63,537 bases of DNA, filler included, from Octopus bimaculoides (GCF_001194135.2; 7 parts of 6 records of this genome joined end to end with filler, not necessarily neighbours in it); one strand, 5' to 3'; counted from the first letter of the whole stretch, positions 1-12,518 are shown. The notes: a model not told the origin generated them from the sequence alone. Numbers and translations are program-made.

Positions 1-10
1 AATAGAACCA

Positions 11-265
11 TTAGGTATGATAAAAAATATTCAGACAAATACATAACAAAAACACCACGACTTACAAGTATATATAACATACAGAAAATTGCACTACTGG
101 GCACTGCACACATCCTACGCAAAACACTTTCAATACAGTAACCATAAGAGCATCACAGCAAACCACAGCACATACCCAAGGCACACAGAGCTACGCCCTG
201 TAGTGAAGTGAAATCACGTTATAAAAATAAAACTACTGAATAATAATAATAATAATAATAATAAT
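11..265 (+). mobile_element. R4/Dong-clade LINE 3' end (ORF C-terminus, 3' UTR, (TAA)n tail), copy 1
   Basis: Near-identical to 52727-53096, which translates ...LGIIKKYSDKYITKTPGLTNIYNIQKIALLGTAHSLRKTL, the typical RLE-LINE C-terminus; ends aaaactactgaa(TAA)n. Confidence 0.85.
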
Positions 266-442
266 CTAAAAACAGAAACAATTCCTACCATAGTAGGTGC
301 CTTAGGTATAATAAAAAAGNNNNNNNNNNATAAGAGCACCACAGCAAACCACAGCACGGACCCAAGGCGCACAGAGCTGCGCTCGGTAGTGAAGTGAAAG
401 CACGTTATAAAAATAAAACTACTGAACAACAACAACAACAAC

Positions 443-477
<35 letters not shown>

Positions 478-480
478 TAA
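263..480 (+). mobile_element. R4/Dong-clade LINE 3' end, copy 2, starting in the TAA tail of copy 1 (short N gap inside)
   Basis: aatctaaaaacagaaacaattcctaccatagtaggtgccttagg (NLKTETIPTIVGALG), same 3' UTR, (CAA)n(TAA)n tail. Confidence 0.85.
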
Positions 481-487
481 AAAAAAA

Positions 488-605
488 GGTGGCAAGCTGG
501 TAGAATCGTTAGTACACCGGACAAAATGCTTAGCGACATTTTGTCTGGGTTCAAATTCCGCCGAGGTCGACTTTGCCTTTCATCCTTCGGGTTTCGATAA
601 ATTAT
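488..605 (+). mobile_element. tRNA-derived SINE, family A (partial)
   Basis: A-box-like tggtagaatcg and B-box-like ggttcaaattcc, then gaggtcgactttgcctttcatcc shared with the 53.7-54.3 kb copies. Confidence 0.8.
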
Positions 606-689
606 GCTTGTCAGATAAATTAACGTAATGGTGAAAAGTAATACTGAGAACGAGTCTCCTTAGTAGTAGTTTAGCCACTTTCAAGCGTT

Positions 690-1062
690 GATCGATAAGA
701 TCTGTGATAAAAGTGATTCCAGCCTTGACCATCCCGTGTTTTTATATATCTTGGACTACATAGTCCAATGTATCCTTCATTTTATAACACGATAAATTGT
801 GATTTGAGGGAAATTTGGTTGCTGTTTCTCGCCGCATCGAAGTTTCTTCATTATTTCCTCTTCAAATGTGTTGTTGTTGTCATTTGATCCAAGGTCAGCT
901 CTGATCGAATAGATCAAAGACATCCCAGCTGTGACCGACACGCGTGCACTTTTCCAGGCGCAGTAATTTATATATCTGAAAGTACAATACGTTGTTCTTT
1001 TTTAAAGATGGTAGCGTATAGTTTGTGGGAGATTTGGCTACAGTTTTAACAGCCAGGCTCCT
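690..1062 (-). mobile_element. Two diverged fragments of an interspersed repeat (family D, probably SINE 3' half)
   Basis: ccagccttgaccatccc...gatttgagggaaatttggttgctgtttct (690-845) recurs at ~885-1062 and in opposite orientation at 35898-36065. Confidence 0.5.
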
Positions 1063-1639
1063 TCCGATGTTTGTGGTGGTGATAATGGTAGTAAGTAGTG
1101 GAAAGATTTTAATTGTAAATGGCTGTATGTTTGCTGGCTGGTCACATTCTAATAACCTAACTTCTAAATTAGTTGTTCTAAATGACCTTGCAAAAACCAG
1201 GTAGTTACTACCTTGTGAACTCAAGTCTATAAATGGCGTGTCACATTCACAGATAAATAAAGTTTTGTATGTATTCTCCACCTTGTTTTCATTGTACAAT
1301 GAGGTTATTGCTTAGAGCCTTTTATTCATTCTTTTCTTTTGCCTTTACTTTTGCTTTGTGCAACAAAAGTGTCTCTGACATTTCATTTTATTTACACTTC
1401 CCATGGGAACAAAATTATTCCTAAGATATTCATACATCTATGCGTTGAAGGTACCATATAGTTTACTTGTCTGTTATGCTATCAAACGTAAATCCTGTAT
1501 ATGAAACCGTGTTTACTCTTACTTGAAATGAATTTCTGGTGTGAAATTCTACTCTACGAGAAAAAGAACATATCCAGCATTGCAGATTTCAACATTGCGG
1601 TTTCATTTCTTCTTAGAATTAGCCATCTATTCTAACATA

Positions 1640-1975
1640 GTGGCGATCAGCATTGTTTCATTTAGCTCAAATAGTTAGAAAGTCCGGGATTGGAACCCAC
1701 TGCGTGGCATCTTAGCCAAATGCTTTTTTAAAAAAAATTATTGACTCAAGTCGCTGTGAGTGAAATTGGAATGGAAACTGTGTTGAAATCCGTCGGTTGC
1801 ATTGTACACGTAATTCCAACCTCGTCATACTATCATACTGACTGTACCTGAAGATTATGCTAAGGATAAGCATATCTTTGGAATACTCAGCCATTTACAC
1901 GCTAATTCAACGGGTAGGTAGCTTAGTTGATCGAATAAATGTATACTCATCGTCGAAACTGACCGAGATCCATTT
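1640..1975 (+). mobile_element. Diverged tRNA-derived SINE (family C: family-B-like head, different 3' half)
   Basis: cccactgcgtggcatcttagccaa...gtgagtgaaatt...ggaaactg shared with family B; 3' half similar to 5430-5750. Confidence 0.55.
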
Positions 1976-2544
1976 ACTTTCTAGATATTTCATGAAATGA
2001 TGTCCAAATATTGGCAATACCAGAGTGCTAATTAAAATGAAGATAATCATGCTATCGTATGTATTGCATTACGTCCCGGTGGGAAGGTGTTTTTGTGCTA
2101 AAGAAGAAGAGAGAGAGAGAGCACAACTGCTAGCAACATAAAAATGAAGCTGTCAGTTAATGTATCGAAATTAATAGCAATAAACCGAATGTCCTGTTCA
2201 GCACAATAGTAAATAAAATTAGCTGAAAAAATAGAAAGCATGACTTAATGCATAACGACCGATTTGCATCCTTCGTCTCACTTTTCAGTCCCTTACAGAT
2301 TCCTGTCACTGTCAAGAACTCGAAGTTCACCAGAATATAGGACATTTCAACCCATCCTACATTAGATAAATAGGAGTTAAAATAGTTGATAGAAAAATCA
2401 TTTAAAAATTAACCAGAGCTTATACAAAATTGATGTTTATGGTGCATAAAATAAAGCTCACTGTAGAAATGAGCTAATTGCAGACTCACCTTGTAATTTT
2501 ATGTGAGGTTCATGATGAGGGTTGTTATCAGCAAAAAAAAATCT

Positions 2545-2980
2545 AACCCTAGTTACAAAATCTTACCCTAAAACCCTAACCCTAACTCTAAAACCCTATC
2601 CCTAACCCTAAAACCTTAACCCTAACTCCAAAAATCGAACCCTAACCCTAAAACCCTAAAACTAAAACCAGTACAAACGCACGAACGATGTCATAAATAA
2701 CAGTACCGCCGATAGTTGTTGTTGACAAACAATGGCAGTAATTTTATTCAAGGGAAAAGATCCCATTACACCGCCAGAACGTTTTGTTGACAAACCACAG
2801 CAGTAATTGTTTTCACCTCAATAGATGTCATTGATTGGTTGAAATTACCGAAATACGACAACTTCAACACGAAATAACTTTGAAAAGAATGAATTTTCTT
2901 AAAAACGCCAAGAGTAAATGATGTTTTAAATGACACATTCTACCAGTATACGAAATGTGAAAGTGTTTAGTTACAAAAAC
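2545..2980. mobile_element. Partial MITE-like element with degenerate (CCCTAA/CCCTAAAA)n tract, related to 34530-35230
   Basis: CCCTAA-like array ~2545-2665; attggttgaaattaccgaaatacgacaac...tgacacattctaccagt matches the right arm of 34530-35230. Confidence 0.65.
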
Positions 2981-3766
2981 GGATTTAAATATATTACATT
3001 CATTTTCTAACGGTTTTACTCTCAAATTTCGATAATTTTTAGGTGAAGTTGCTGCAAATTGCTCTTTTCCATAATTTTGTTAGCCTTGACTAATCATCCT
3101 CAGAAAAATGTCCTGATAATTAATTCTACTTTTCATAATTTGTCATGGTCAATAATATGTACTTAGTATTGTATACAATATTGTTTCTCGTCGTTTGTTT
3201 CCTTCAAATTTATACAATCTATTTCTCTCCTTCTCTCGTTCGTTATCATATTTTCCGCTTTTACTTTAGTCATTCTCTCTCTCTCTCTCTCTCTCTCCTA
3301 CGTCACTATATTTTTCTTCGTATTCCCTATTCACAGCGCTTTTTTATTGCTTAGCTAATTTTCCCACAAACAAACTGTAACATTCACAAAGGCAAGTAAA
3401 AGGTTGCAATTATGGAAATGCAACAAATGTCTCGAGAAATAGAAAGAAAGACATCAATTATTGTGAATACGATGACGGTTAAGAATTGAAGTTTTATGAG
3501 CAAGTGAAGTGTAAGCAATTGAACTGCCCCAAATACATATCTGTTGATGATTAATCACATTAGCAAAAATGTACAAATTTGTGAAACAGGAGCGGTAGGG
3601 TCGATCGAATCGATTCAGATCTCGCCTGTATTTTTTTTCTCTTTTTAAAATTGATATCAGTAAAATATAGAAGAGAAATAAAAGTATATGAAATAAGGCA
3701 TTTAGTCCGCAACTCTACCATTTCTGTTTCTCAACCACCTCCAAAATTCTAGTAATTTCGAACATT

Positions 3767-4141
3767 CAGCGCTGGATTAACCATTAAGCAAAATAACCAC
3801 ATACTTAGGGTATCGAGGAAAAGGGGAACCACAGAAATGGTAAATGGTTTACAACACTAAACTTGCTAAAATAATATTCGAGATGCCTCATCTCTACTAA
3901 GTATAGAATCAGGTGTGTTACGTAAGATTAATTTTGAGAATTTGATTAAAGACTTTGCAATTTAAGAAAGGATAAACTTTTCAAATATAAATAAAGTGGA
4001 AGTATACAAAAATAAACCTTCCCCCCCCCCATCTTACTGTTAGTTTTGTTTCATTATTGTTATAATTTTGAATTACATATATATGGGGGTACCAAAATCT
4101 TTTAAGTGCTTAGGGCCTCTAAGGGTCTTAACCCGGCCCTG
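3767..4141. mobile_element. hAT-type non-autonomous element
   Basis: Imperfect TIRs cagcgctggattaa / ttaacccggccctg; 8-bp TSD cgaacatt / ctaacatt (1 mismatch). Confidence 0.7.
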
Positions 4142-4779
4142 CTAACATTGACAGTTCATGACACATTTGTAAGGGACATGTTAGTCGATTGTATGGATTC
4201 CATCACAATTGCGACTTATTTTGTAACCGTTTGAGAGTGAAACTTTACACTGGTTTGAACACTGAGCGTAAAGATATGAAACATTATTAAATTTCATTTG
4301 AATAGTATAACATTATACTTTAATATAACGTCATACAGTTTTTTTTTGTGGGGGTTGGGGGTTGGTGGAGGGGTTGCCACATAAATCCATAACAATTCTA
4401 CTGCTCTAATTATTCTTTATTGTAATCTCAATTCCGAGTGAGCCACTCCTCGTGAAGTTAAATACCTTGCAGTACTTAGTTAAGTTACTACACATTCTGA
4501 GTTCAAATCTCGTCAAGATCGACTTCACCTTTGACTCTTCCAATGTCGATAAATTACACATAAACAATGTATTAGATGCCAATGGCTAGAGCTAAATATC
4601 CTACCATAGGAGCAGCCCGTCCAACTTGCAGTTGGCCAGCGTGATCAGGTTGGATTTACAATCAGAGGAAATAAGTCAGCAACAGGACACAGACTTCTTT
4701 CAAGTTGTAGATCAACGACAGCTGAGTGAAGAAGAATTTACTAGAAATTATTTAATCGAATATGCTCATTCTCAATTAA

Positions 4780-5290
4780 TATGTGCTATTGTGCCAAAGT
4801 TATCGATAATTATTAGCAAGCCCCTAAATCTCAAAGTGGCCAAGTTCCAGACACGTGCTGATACAAAGCAGTTTCTTCGTCGATCTCATTTTGAGGGCTT
4901 CTGATCATCAGTTTAGATAGTGCATACAATCCAAACTGAACGTGTAACTTTGCTCTGAATAACTTTGTGGATCATTTCAATAACAAACACTGCTGTGACT
5001 TGAATAGCTTCGACTTCCAGAATTGGCAGAGACTTCATTACATCTCTCCTCCTGAACATATTTCACTTCGTAAGTTTCGTAATTGACATAACATTGTCAT
5101 GAAACCTGACTTGTGATTCTAACACCATTTGCTTTCTCTCTAAACTTCATAAAGCCAACAATCTGAAGCCTCCCATCATCTCCACTTGCAGCTATCTCAA
5201 AGAACTCACATGAAGCTACCTCAGTAAACTTACATCGTCCCTGGTTACCGCCTTCCTATCCCAAGTCACAGCTTCTTCAACACTTTTCTT
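4780..5290 (+). pseudogene. Degenerate Penelope-like RT N-terminal fragment
   Basis: Broken frames give LRKFRN*HNIVMKP and FLSKLHKANNLKPPIISTCSYLKELT*SYL, resembling the PLE motifs IVIKPADKG and LPKIHKxxxPGRPIIS. Confidence 0.55.
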
Positions 5291-5429
5291 TCTCCACTAA
5301 GGTTTTAAGGGCTAGCATTTGTGGCGACTGTTAAAGCTTTAATTTGTTTATTCTATATCTACATTGTGTTTATATTTTATAGCCTATATACAGACAGATA
5401 TGTATGCGTGCGTACACTCCTATGTAGTA

Positions 5430-5750
5430 GACGTAGCACTGCTGAATGGTTAAGAAGTTCGGTTTACTATAACAAGGGGTTCGATCCCACCGCATGACAT
5501 CTTTGGCAAGTGTCATTTACCATAGCCTTGCGAGTGAAATTTAAATAATAGAAACTGTACAGATGGTTGTCAGATGGATTGTACCTGCCATGCGAAGATC
5601 CAGCTTTAACAAATATTGTGTCACGCTGATTCTGCCTGAAAATTGATTTAAAGGTACACATGCTTGTGAAATATTCAGCGACTTACAAGTGATTTAATGA
5701 ACAACTAATTGATCGAATAACTGAATAATTAAGTCCAACAGAGATCCATT
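5430..5750 (+). mobile_element. Diverged tRNA-derived SINE (family C)
   Basis: ggggttcgatcccaccgcatgacatctttggcaagtgtc head; 3' half like 1640-1975. Confidence 0.55.
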
Positions 5751-6067
5751 TACTTCTATGACCATGTGTTTACATATATTGCCGTACATATATTGTACAT
5801 GTGTGTCTCATTTATGAGTGTTTGTTGACTGCAACTATGACAATTCTTGGAAATACGTGAGTGTACATATAATGTATACATGTATGCAATGGGAAAGCGT
5901 ATATTCTTCCAGGAAATTTAAATGAAGAATTGTTTCATATTTTTCAGGTCTTCGCCCGGGGCCTTATTTAGACCGTAGCTACAATTTCTTGATTAGTTCT
6001 GTTGTTTTTGCTTTTATTAAACCCAGCTTCTCAAGATCGGTACTGAGGCAATTAGTTATGTATAATA

Positions 6068-6250
6068 CGAGGTGTGTTCAAAAAGTACGCGACTTTATTT
6101 TTTCCCACAAAACTAATGTAGTGGGGACAAAATCCTTTGAGTGGGAGGTAACATCACCCTTCCTGCGCATGCGTGAAAATTTATGCACGGTAGGCCGCGT
6201 CAGTTCCTGTCTGTTACGGCTAGAATACAGACGTGTAGTGCGAGCCTATG
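6068..6250 (+). mobile_element. Left end of a mariner-type element (TIR fragment)
   Basis: TA|CGAGGTGTGTTCAAAAAGTAC terminus typical of mariner TIRs; no partner TIR seen. Confidence 0.5.
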
Positions 6251-6277
6251 GCTCATATTTTTTCAATATGAATACGA

Positions 6278-6670
6278 AAATGTGTAGCTGTGTGGTATGA
6301 AGCTTCCTTTCCAAACACACGGTTCGGGGTTCAGTCCCACTGCATGACACCTTGAGCAAGTGTCTTCTACTATAGCCTCGTGTTGACTAGCCTTGTCAGT
6401 GGATTTAGTAGATGGAAACTGAAAGAAGCCTGTCGCATGTGTGTGTCTGTTTACCTGTTTGTCTGTCTGTTTGTCACTCCGTCACCGCTTGACAACCGGT
6501 GTTGGTGTGTTTACGTTCCCGTAACTTAGCGGTTCAGCAAAAGAGACTGATACGATATAAATATTAGGCTTTAAAAAACAAGTCCTGGGGTCAATTTGTT
6601 CAACCAAAACCCTTCAAAGCAGTGCTCCAACATGATCACAGTCAAATGACTGAAATAAGGAAACGAATAA
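6278..6670 (+). mobile_element. tRNA-derived SINE, family B (CORE-SINE-like)
   Basis: ggggttcagtcccactgcatgacaccttgagcaagtg, central (TG)n, 3' cagtcaaatgactgaaa. Confidence 0.8.
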
Positions 6671-7708
6671 AGTATAAACAAGAAAATTGACACAATAAAT
6701 TAAACTGTGGTATTTCTCTGAATTTTCTTCAGAAATAATCATTGCAAACATGACATACATAAATAGTAGTTGTCGATTTGCTGAGTATGATCACCTTTGG
6801 AAATCTCTTCCTTTTTCTTCGCAGAAAGAGATAATTGCGCCTGTTTCCACCTGGCAAGGAAGCTACAGAAGTGTTAGTATTTCACTGTTGCATGTTTTTC
6901 TCTGGTTTTAGCATAACTGTAGTTGGAGTTGATTTGTACATCTGGTGATATGTACGCATTGCCAATGTATTACCTGCTACTCCCATATCAATCTTTAATT
7001 TTGTTTGTTGTACCTTTTCTTTCTGTGGACATATGATATCCAATGTTGCAAATGGCAATAAAAGACCTGCTGTCTGTTTCTTGTGCTATGAAGTTGCACT
7101 GGAAAAAATATTGTGCCATGCAAGCACTACAATAATGCGATGCAGAGTGGTTGGTTGTTTATTCAACTACCGTGTGTCCCAGCCATCGAGCTGACCACCT
7201 TTTATTCGCGACAGTGTATTTAACAACGTGGAACTAGGTACATTTAGTTTCGTGTCATTACAACATCTCCCTTTTCTTTAAGCAATTCACAGACTAATAA
7301 AAACTGGCAGATGAAAACAAGATTTCTTCTCCCTCAAAGAAAAAGAAAAAATAAATAAATAAACTTTTTGGTTGCAAGAGCAATACATAACATTCACTTT
7401 AAATAACATGAGCAGTTTTATGGTACAAAGTTTTTGTAGCGCTCCAGTATTTTCACTGTTCTGCTTGATCTTGTGATTCTTTTGGGGATTGGCATTGAGC
7501 ACTTCTCATGCGTCTGGCCCTTGTTTTTGTTTCTGCGTTGTTATCAGGAGGAATATTTGTGATCTCTTTCCTTCAGTCAAGCTGAGTAACATGTTCCATG
7601 GGGTTTGTAGGGTTCGTAACATGTCTTATGGAGTTTGTGGGGGTCTGTTGGACGGTTGTCTGTCTCTATAGTGTTGGGCGATCTGACAGGCATTTCCATC
7701 TGAGTAGT

Positions 7709-8830
7709 CAAGGAAAATAGACTTTAAAATATCAAGAGGCATTGGAAATGAAGGATTCAAACGTCTGAATGTATCTAGCTTATCAGATGCTGACAAGAAA
7801 AACCCAAATAAACTGTGGTAATTGTTCGAAGCCCAAGTCAAGACAAACATCAATTTCAGAGTACATCGCCTTAAACTGATGGAATGTAGACAGCAGAATG
7901 ATGAAACAATTGACGGCTTTGTTACAAGAGCCCGAACAATAGCAAAAAAGAATGTGAGTTTGAAGAAAAAGAGCTTGAACAACGGATCATTGAATTATTG
8001 ATTGCTTCAACTTCTACAACAAAAATGGACATTGGAAAAAAATTCTGTCGTCAATGGAACAAACAAGATAGAACAAGACAGAAAAATGGCGATGGAAAAA
8101 GTGCACACAAAAACTTCCATGATATAGAATCGAGCAACAAGGCTCATATTGACTCAAAAGAAAAGAACTGGGATCCCTACCACTGCATACAAATTTCAAG
8201 CATGCGAAATGAAGCATTTGCAACATTGGATATCATATGTCCACAGAAAGAAAAGATACAACAAATAAAATTAAAGATTGATATGGGAGTATCAGGCAAT
8301 ACATTGGCAATACGTACATATCACCAGATGTACAAATCAGCTCCAACTACAGTTATGCTAAAACCAGAGAGAAACATTCGTCTGATGGCATACAATGGCC
8401 GAGAAATCAAATGCTTGGTATCAATACATTTTCAGCGTCACTCTAACAGCAGCGAATCCCATGATACCAAATTCTATGTGGTAGAGATGGATGGACCACC
8501 AATCATCGGATTACCAACATGTGAGGCAATGAAATTAATGACAATACATTGTGATCACATTATGGATTCAACTCCTGATGTCACAACAATCGAACGCCTG
8601 AAAGAAACATACCCAACTCTTTTCGACATCCTGGGGTAACTTCAAAGAACCTGCACAACTGTACATAAAATCAGGATCGGAACCTTTCATTGACCCACCT
8701 CAGAAATTCTCAGTTTACCTGAAAAATTAGCTCAAGATTGAACTCCAGAAGATGTAAGAAATGGGGGTCATCAAGCCTGTGAAACAACATACAGATTAGT
8801 GTTCAAGCATGGCATATTCGGTAAGAAAAA
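7709..8830 (+). pseudogene. Gypsy gag, protease and RT start (disrupted)
   Basis: NINFRVHRLKLMECRQQNDETIDGFVTR (gag); LKIDMGVSGNTL (degenerate DTG protease site); PFIDPP...EMGVIKPV (RT N-terminus). Confidence 0.8.
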
Positions 8831-8944
8831 AAGAAAGATGGAATCATCTTCAAAGGGACACAAGTGTTGATACCTCCTCCTCTACAACATGACATTCCAG
8901 TACAGCTCCATGCCTGCTAATATTTTTAAGGCTATTTTCCTTGA

Positions 8945-10140
8945 CTTGACTTGAGTGGACAGAATCGAATTGACTGTAAGAGAAATCCACCAATCTGAAT
9001 TTGACCTTGTCAATTTTTCCATCAACAAACGTTATCAACTGCGTGATTTCATCAGTAGAGATCAAACAAGTCCCAGATGATATAAAGTCATACTGGTCTT
9101 TTCGAGACGAATTAGCTGTAGAAGATGGAATCATCTTCAAAAGGACACAAGTGTTGACACCTCCTCTTCTACAACATGACATTCTAGTACAGCTCCATGC
9201 CTCTCATGAAGGGATAGAAAAGCCCAAACTTCACGCTCATGAAGGCGTCTATTGGACAAACATCAACAAAGACATCGAAGAAATGTGCCAAGGATTTACA
9301 ACTGCCAATAACAAAGAGCCACCGATACTTCATGACGTTCCCAGTGCACCATGGAAAAAAACAGGAATAGATCTATTTGAAATCAACGGCAAAACTTATC
9401 TGCCCATTTGTGACTACCTCTCCAAATTTCCGATTGTGACTCATCTCAGCCAAATCACAAGCACAGTCATAGGGGAATCCAAAAAGACAGTGTCTCTCTT
9501 CAGCAGACCTGATGAAATTTTCCGAGACAATGGTCCTCAATATACCAGAAAACCATTTCAACAATTTACACAGAAATGGGGAATTCAACACATTACCCCA
9601 GTCAAACAGATTCATAGAGAGACAAGTACAGACAATCAAAAAGACACTCCAAAAATGTGAACAAAGCAAAGACGACATCAACAATGCATTGTTGAATCTA
9701 AGAGCCATACCACTAAACTCAAAGATGCCGTCACCCGCTGAGATCCTATTGTGCAGGCCGATCACAACACTTGTGCTATTACGCTGGAGCTACTCTCATG
9801 AAACTCAAAGACAGAGAAAACTTCTTGAAGAAAAGAAAATACAAATGAAAACTGCATATGACCAGCATGCAAAGATGGAATTACTTTCGTTGCACAAAGG
9901 ACAAGCTGTACGAGTTCTTGACAAAAACAACAAATGTTGGATACCTGGAGAAATAGCAAGACAATATAAAGAACCGAGGTCTTACATTGTGAAAACAACA
10001 CATGGAGATTTGTGGAGAAACAGAAGGGACCTGAGAGATACTGGCATAGGTATAGACAGACAGTATGAACAGATCATTCAGATGGAAACACCTATCAGAT
10101 CGCCCAACAATACAGAGGCAGACAACCGTCCAACAGACCC
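8945..10140 (+). pseudogene. Gypsy integrase (disrupted)
   Basis: YWSFRDELAVEDGIIFK; LHASHEGI...VYWTNINKDIE; PWKKTGIDLF; DNGPQY; SNRFIERQVQTIK; PSPAEIL. Confidence 0.9.
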
Positions 10141-11172
10141 CAGATGATATAAAGACATACTGGTTTTTTCGAGATGAATTAGCTGTAGAAGATGGAATCA
10201 TCTTCAAAGGGACACAAGTGTTGATACCTCCTCCTTTACAACATGACATTCTAGTACAGTTCCATGCCTCTTAATATTTAAAGGCTATTTTCCTTGGTTC
10301 TGTAATTTCCTCATCTTCAAAACAGTGTATGATGTTTCGTTTGAATATTTACAGGGCTTCGGCTGCATTGTCTGTGTGCCACTGCATTTCGGGAATGCGA
10401 GATGTCGCCATATTATTGTTGTTTTTCTTGTGCAATGCAACACCATTTGATTTGGTTATTTTCTGTGGCACAACACGCACTATATAGCTGATATGATAAT
10501 AATAGTCTTGTCTATAAATTTGTAGCAATACCTCCAACTAAACATGTGTAGTCCGTGTGTATGTGTATTCTTGCAAGTTGTCAATGTGCATCTGTTTCCT
10601 TCTTGTATTTGTTTTGTGTCAAGTCGCGCTCACTGACGATACTAGTACATTGGTAGCGTCGTGCAATGTCTAATGATAATAATGTGCTGGTAATGCAATT
10701 AGTTTCGATTCGATATATTTATCTTGTTTTACTGCTTCCACCATATTGTGCCATGCAAGCACTATAATAACGCGATGCAGAGTGGTTGGTTGTCCTAGCC
10801 ACAGAGCTGACTACCTTTTATCTGCGACAACGTACTTAACAATGCGAAACTGAGTACATTTAGTTTTGTATCATTGCAACAGAACCTACATAAGTGTTAG
10901 TATTTCACTGTCGCAGATATCAGTAATACTTCAGCCATGGCAATAAAAGACCTGCCGTCTGTTTCTAGTGCTATGAAGTTGCACTGGAAAAAATAGTGCA
11001 CAAAGAATGCCAACACATCAAATTTTAATGGCCAACGTATGTGCAACACGTGTTTGAAGCCGTTAAACTAACAACAAAACAAAACGTAGGATAACGAAAA
11101 GCTATAAATACTGCAGGTTTCAAGAAGAGTATCTTCTTCTCATGTGCATTTCTGTACACATGTAAATATACA

Positions 11173-11392
11173 TACTCTTTTACTCTTTTACTTGTTTCAG
11201 TCATTTGACTGCGGCCATGCTGGGGCACCGCCTTTAGTCGAGTAAATCGACCCCAGGACTTATTCTTTGTAAGCCTAGTACTTATTCTATCGGTCTCTTT
11301 TGTCGAACCGCTAGGTTACGGGGACGTAAACACACCAGCATCGGTTGTCAAGCGATGTTGGGGGAACAAACACAGACACACAAACACACACT

Positions 11393-11424
<32 letters not shown>

Positions 11425-12206
11425 CAAATTGGACACTAAACTCCACTTGCGAAGACCTGTTGAGGCAAGTGAAATCGAAGTCGAGTTAAATTCGACNNNN
11501 NNNNNNNNNNNNNNNNNNNNNNNNNNNNNNNNNNNNNNNNNNNNNNNNNNNNNNNNNNNNNNNNNNNNNNNNNNNNNNNNNNNNNNNNNNNNNNNNNNNN
11601 NNNNNNNNNNNNNNNNNNNNNNNNNNNNNNNNNNNNNNNNNNNNNNNNNNNNNNNNNNNNNNNNNNNNNNNNNNNNNNNNNNNNNNNNNNNNNNNNNNNN
11701 NNNNNNNNNNNNNNNNNNNNNNNNNNNNNNNNNNNNNNNNNNNNNNNNNNNNNNNNNNNNNNNNNNNNNNNNNNNNNNNNNNNNNNNNNNNNNNNNNNNN
11801 NNTTTTGAGCGTGGCCGTTGCCAGTACCGCCTGACTACCCTTCGTGCCGGTGGCACGTAAAAGCACCCACTACACTCTCTGAGTGGTTGGCGTTAGGAAG
11901 GGCATCCAGCTGTAGAAACTCTGCCAAATCAGATTGGAGCCTGGTGTAGCCATCTGGTTTCACCGGTCCTCAGTCAAATCGTCCAACCCATGCTGGCATG
12001 GAAAGCGAATGTTAAACGACGATGATGATGATGATGATATATACGACAGGCTTCTTTCAGTTTCCGTCTACGAAATCCACTCACAAGGCTTTGGTCGGCC
12101 AAAGGCTATAGTAGAAGACACTTGCCCAAGTTGCCACGCAGTGGGAATGAACCCTGAACCATGTGGTTGGTAAGCAAGCTACTTACCACACAGCCACCCC
12201 TGCGCC
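11173..12206 (-). mobile_element. Family B SINE split at its central microsatellite by an RTE-type insertion
   Basis: 3' half 11173-11425 and 5' half 12040-12206 together match the intact copy at 16745-17170. Confidence 0.85.
11426..12038 (+). mobile_element. RTE-clade LINE 3' end or derivative with (GAT)n tail (N gap 11497-11802)
   Basis: ggttggcgttaggaagggcatccagctgtagaaac motif as in RTE/Expander-type 3' UTRs; ends gttaaacgac(gat)n. Confidence 0.65.
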
Positions 12207-12394
12207 ATACATACATAACAAATAGCTTCTCAGATTCTAGGCCAGGATTGAAAATCGAATCTACATTTCTCTACCAGATTCTAATTTCTGGTGTGTAAGA
12301 GGAAAAAAAAATTGTGTTTATAGACACTGCATGATTTAAAAGTATTCAAACAGTACATTTGACTAAATGAATAACTATGTAGAATATGAAGCAT

Positions 12395-12518
12395 ACAGTT
12401 CTATATTTAAGAGATGAGGAATTATGTACATTATTTACATTTGACAGATATTTGTCATCTTATTTGTTGTTAACACAACGTTTCGGCTGATATACCCTCC
12501 AGCCTTCATCAAATGTCT
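12395..12518 (-). mobile_element. Inverted pseudo-LTR end of a Penelope-like element, with degenerate minimal hammerhead (12472-12518)
   Basis: Reverse complement matches 14821-14915; minus strand reads agacat-TTGATGA-a-GGCTG-gagggtatat-CAGCC-GAAA-cgtt-gtgtt. Confidence 0.85.

Larger units (their letters stand above)
6886..10995 (-). mobile_element. Rearranged Gypsy (Ty3) LTR retrotransposon; outer parts on minus, central ~2.4 kb inverted to plus
   Basis: LTR 7265->6886 (TGTTGTAA...TGCAACA) preceded on minus by PPT AAAGAAAAGGGAGA; homologous LTR parts 10744-10881 and 10909-10995; gag start MATSRIPEMQW at 10411 (-). Confidence 0.85.

Noticed and set aside
10733-10743. TGGTGGAAGCAG on minus as the Gypsy primer-binding site
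   Set aside because: It follows a mid-LTR breakpoint rather than the true LTR end, and I cannot assign a tRNA
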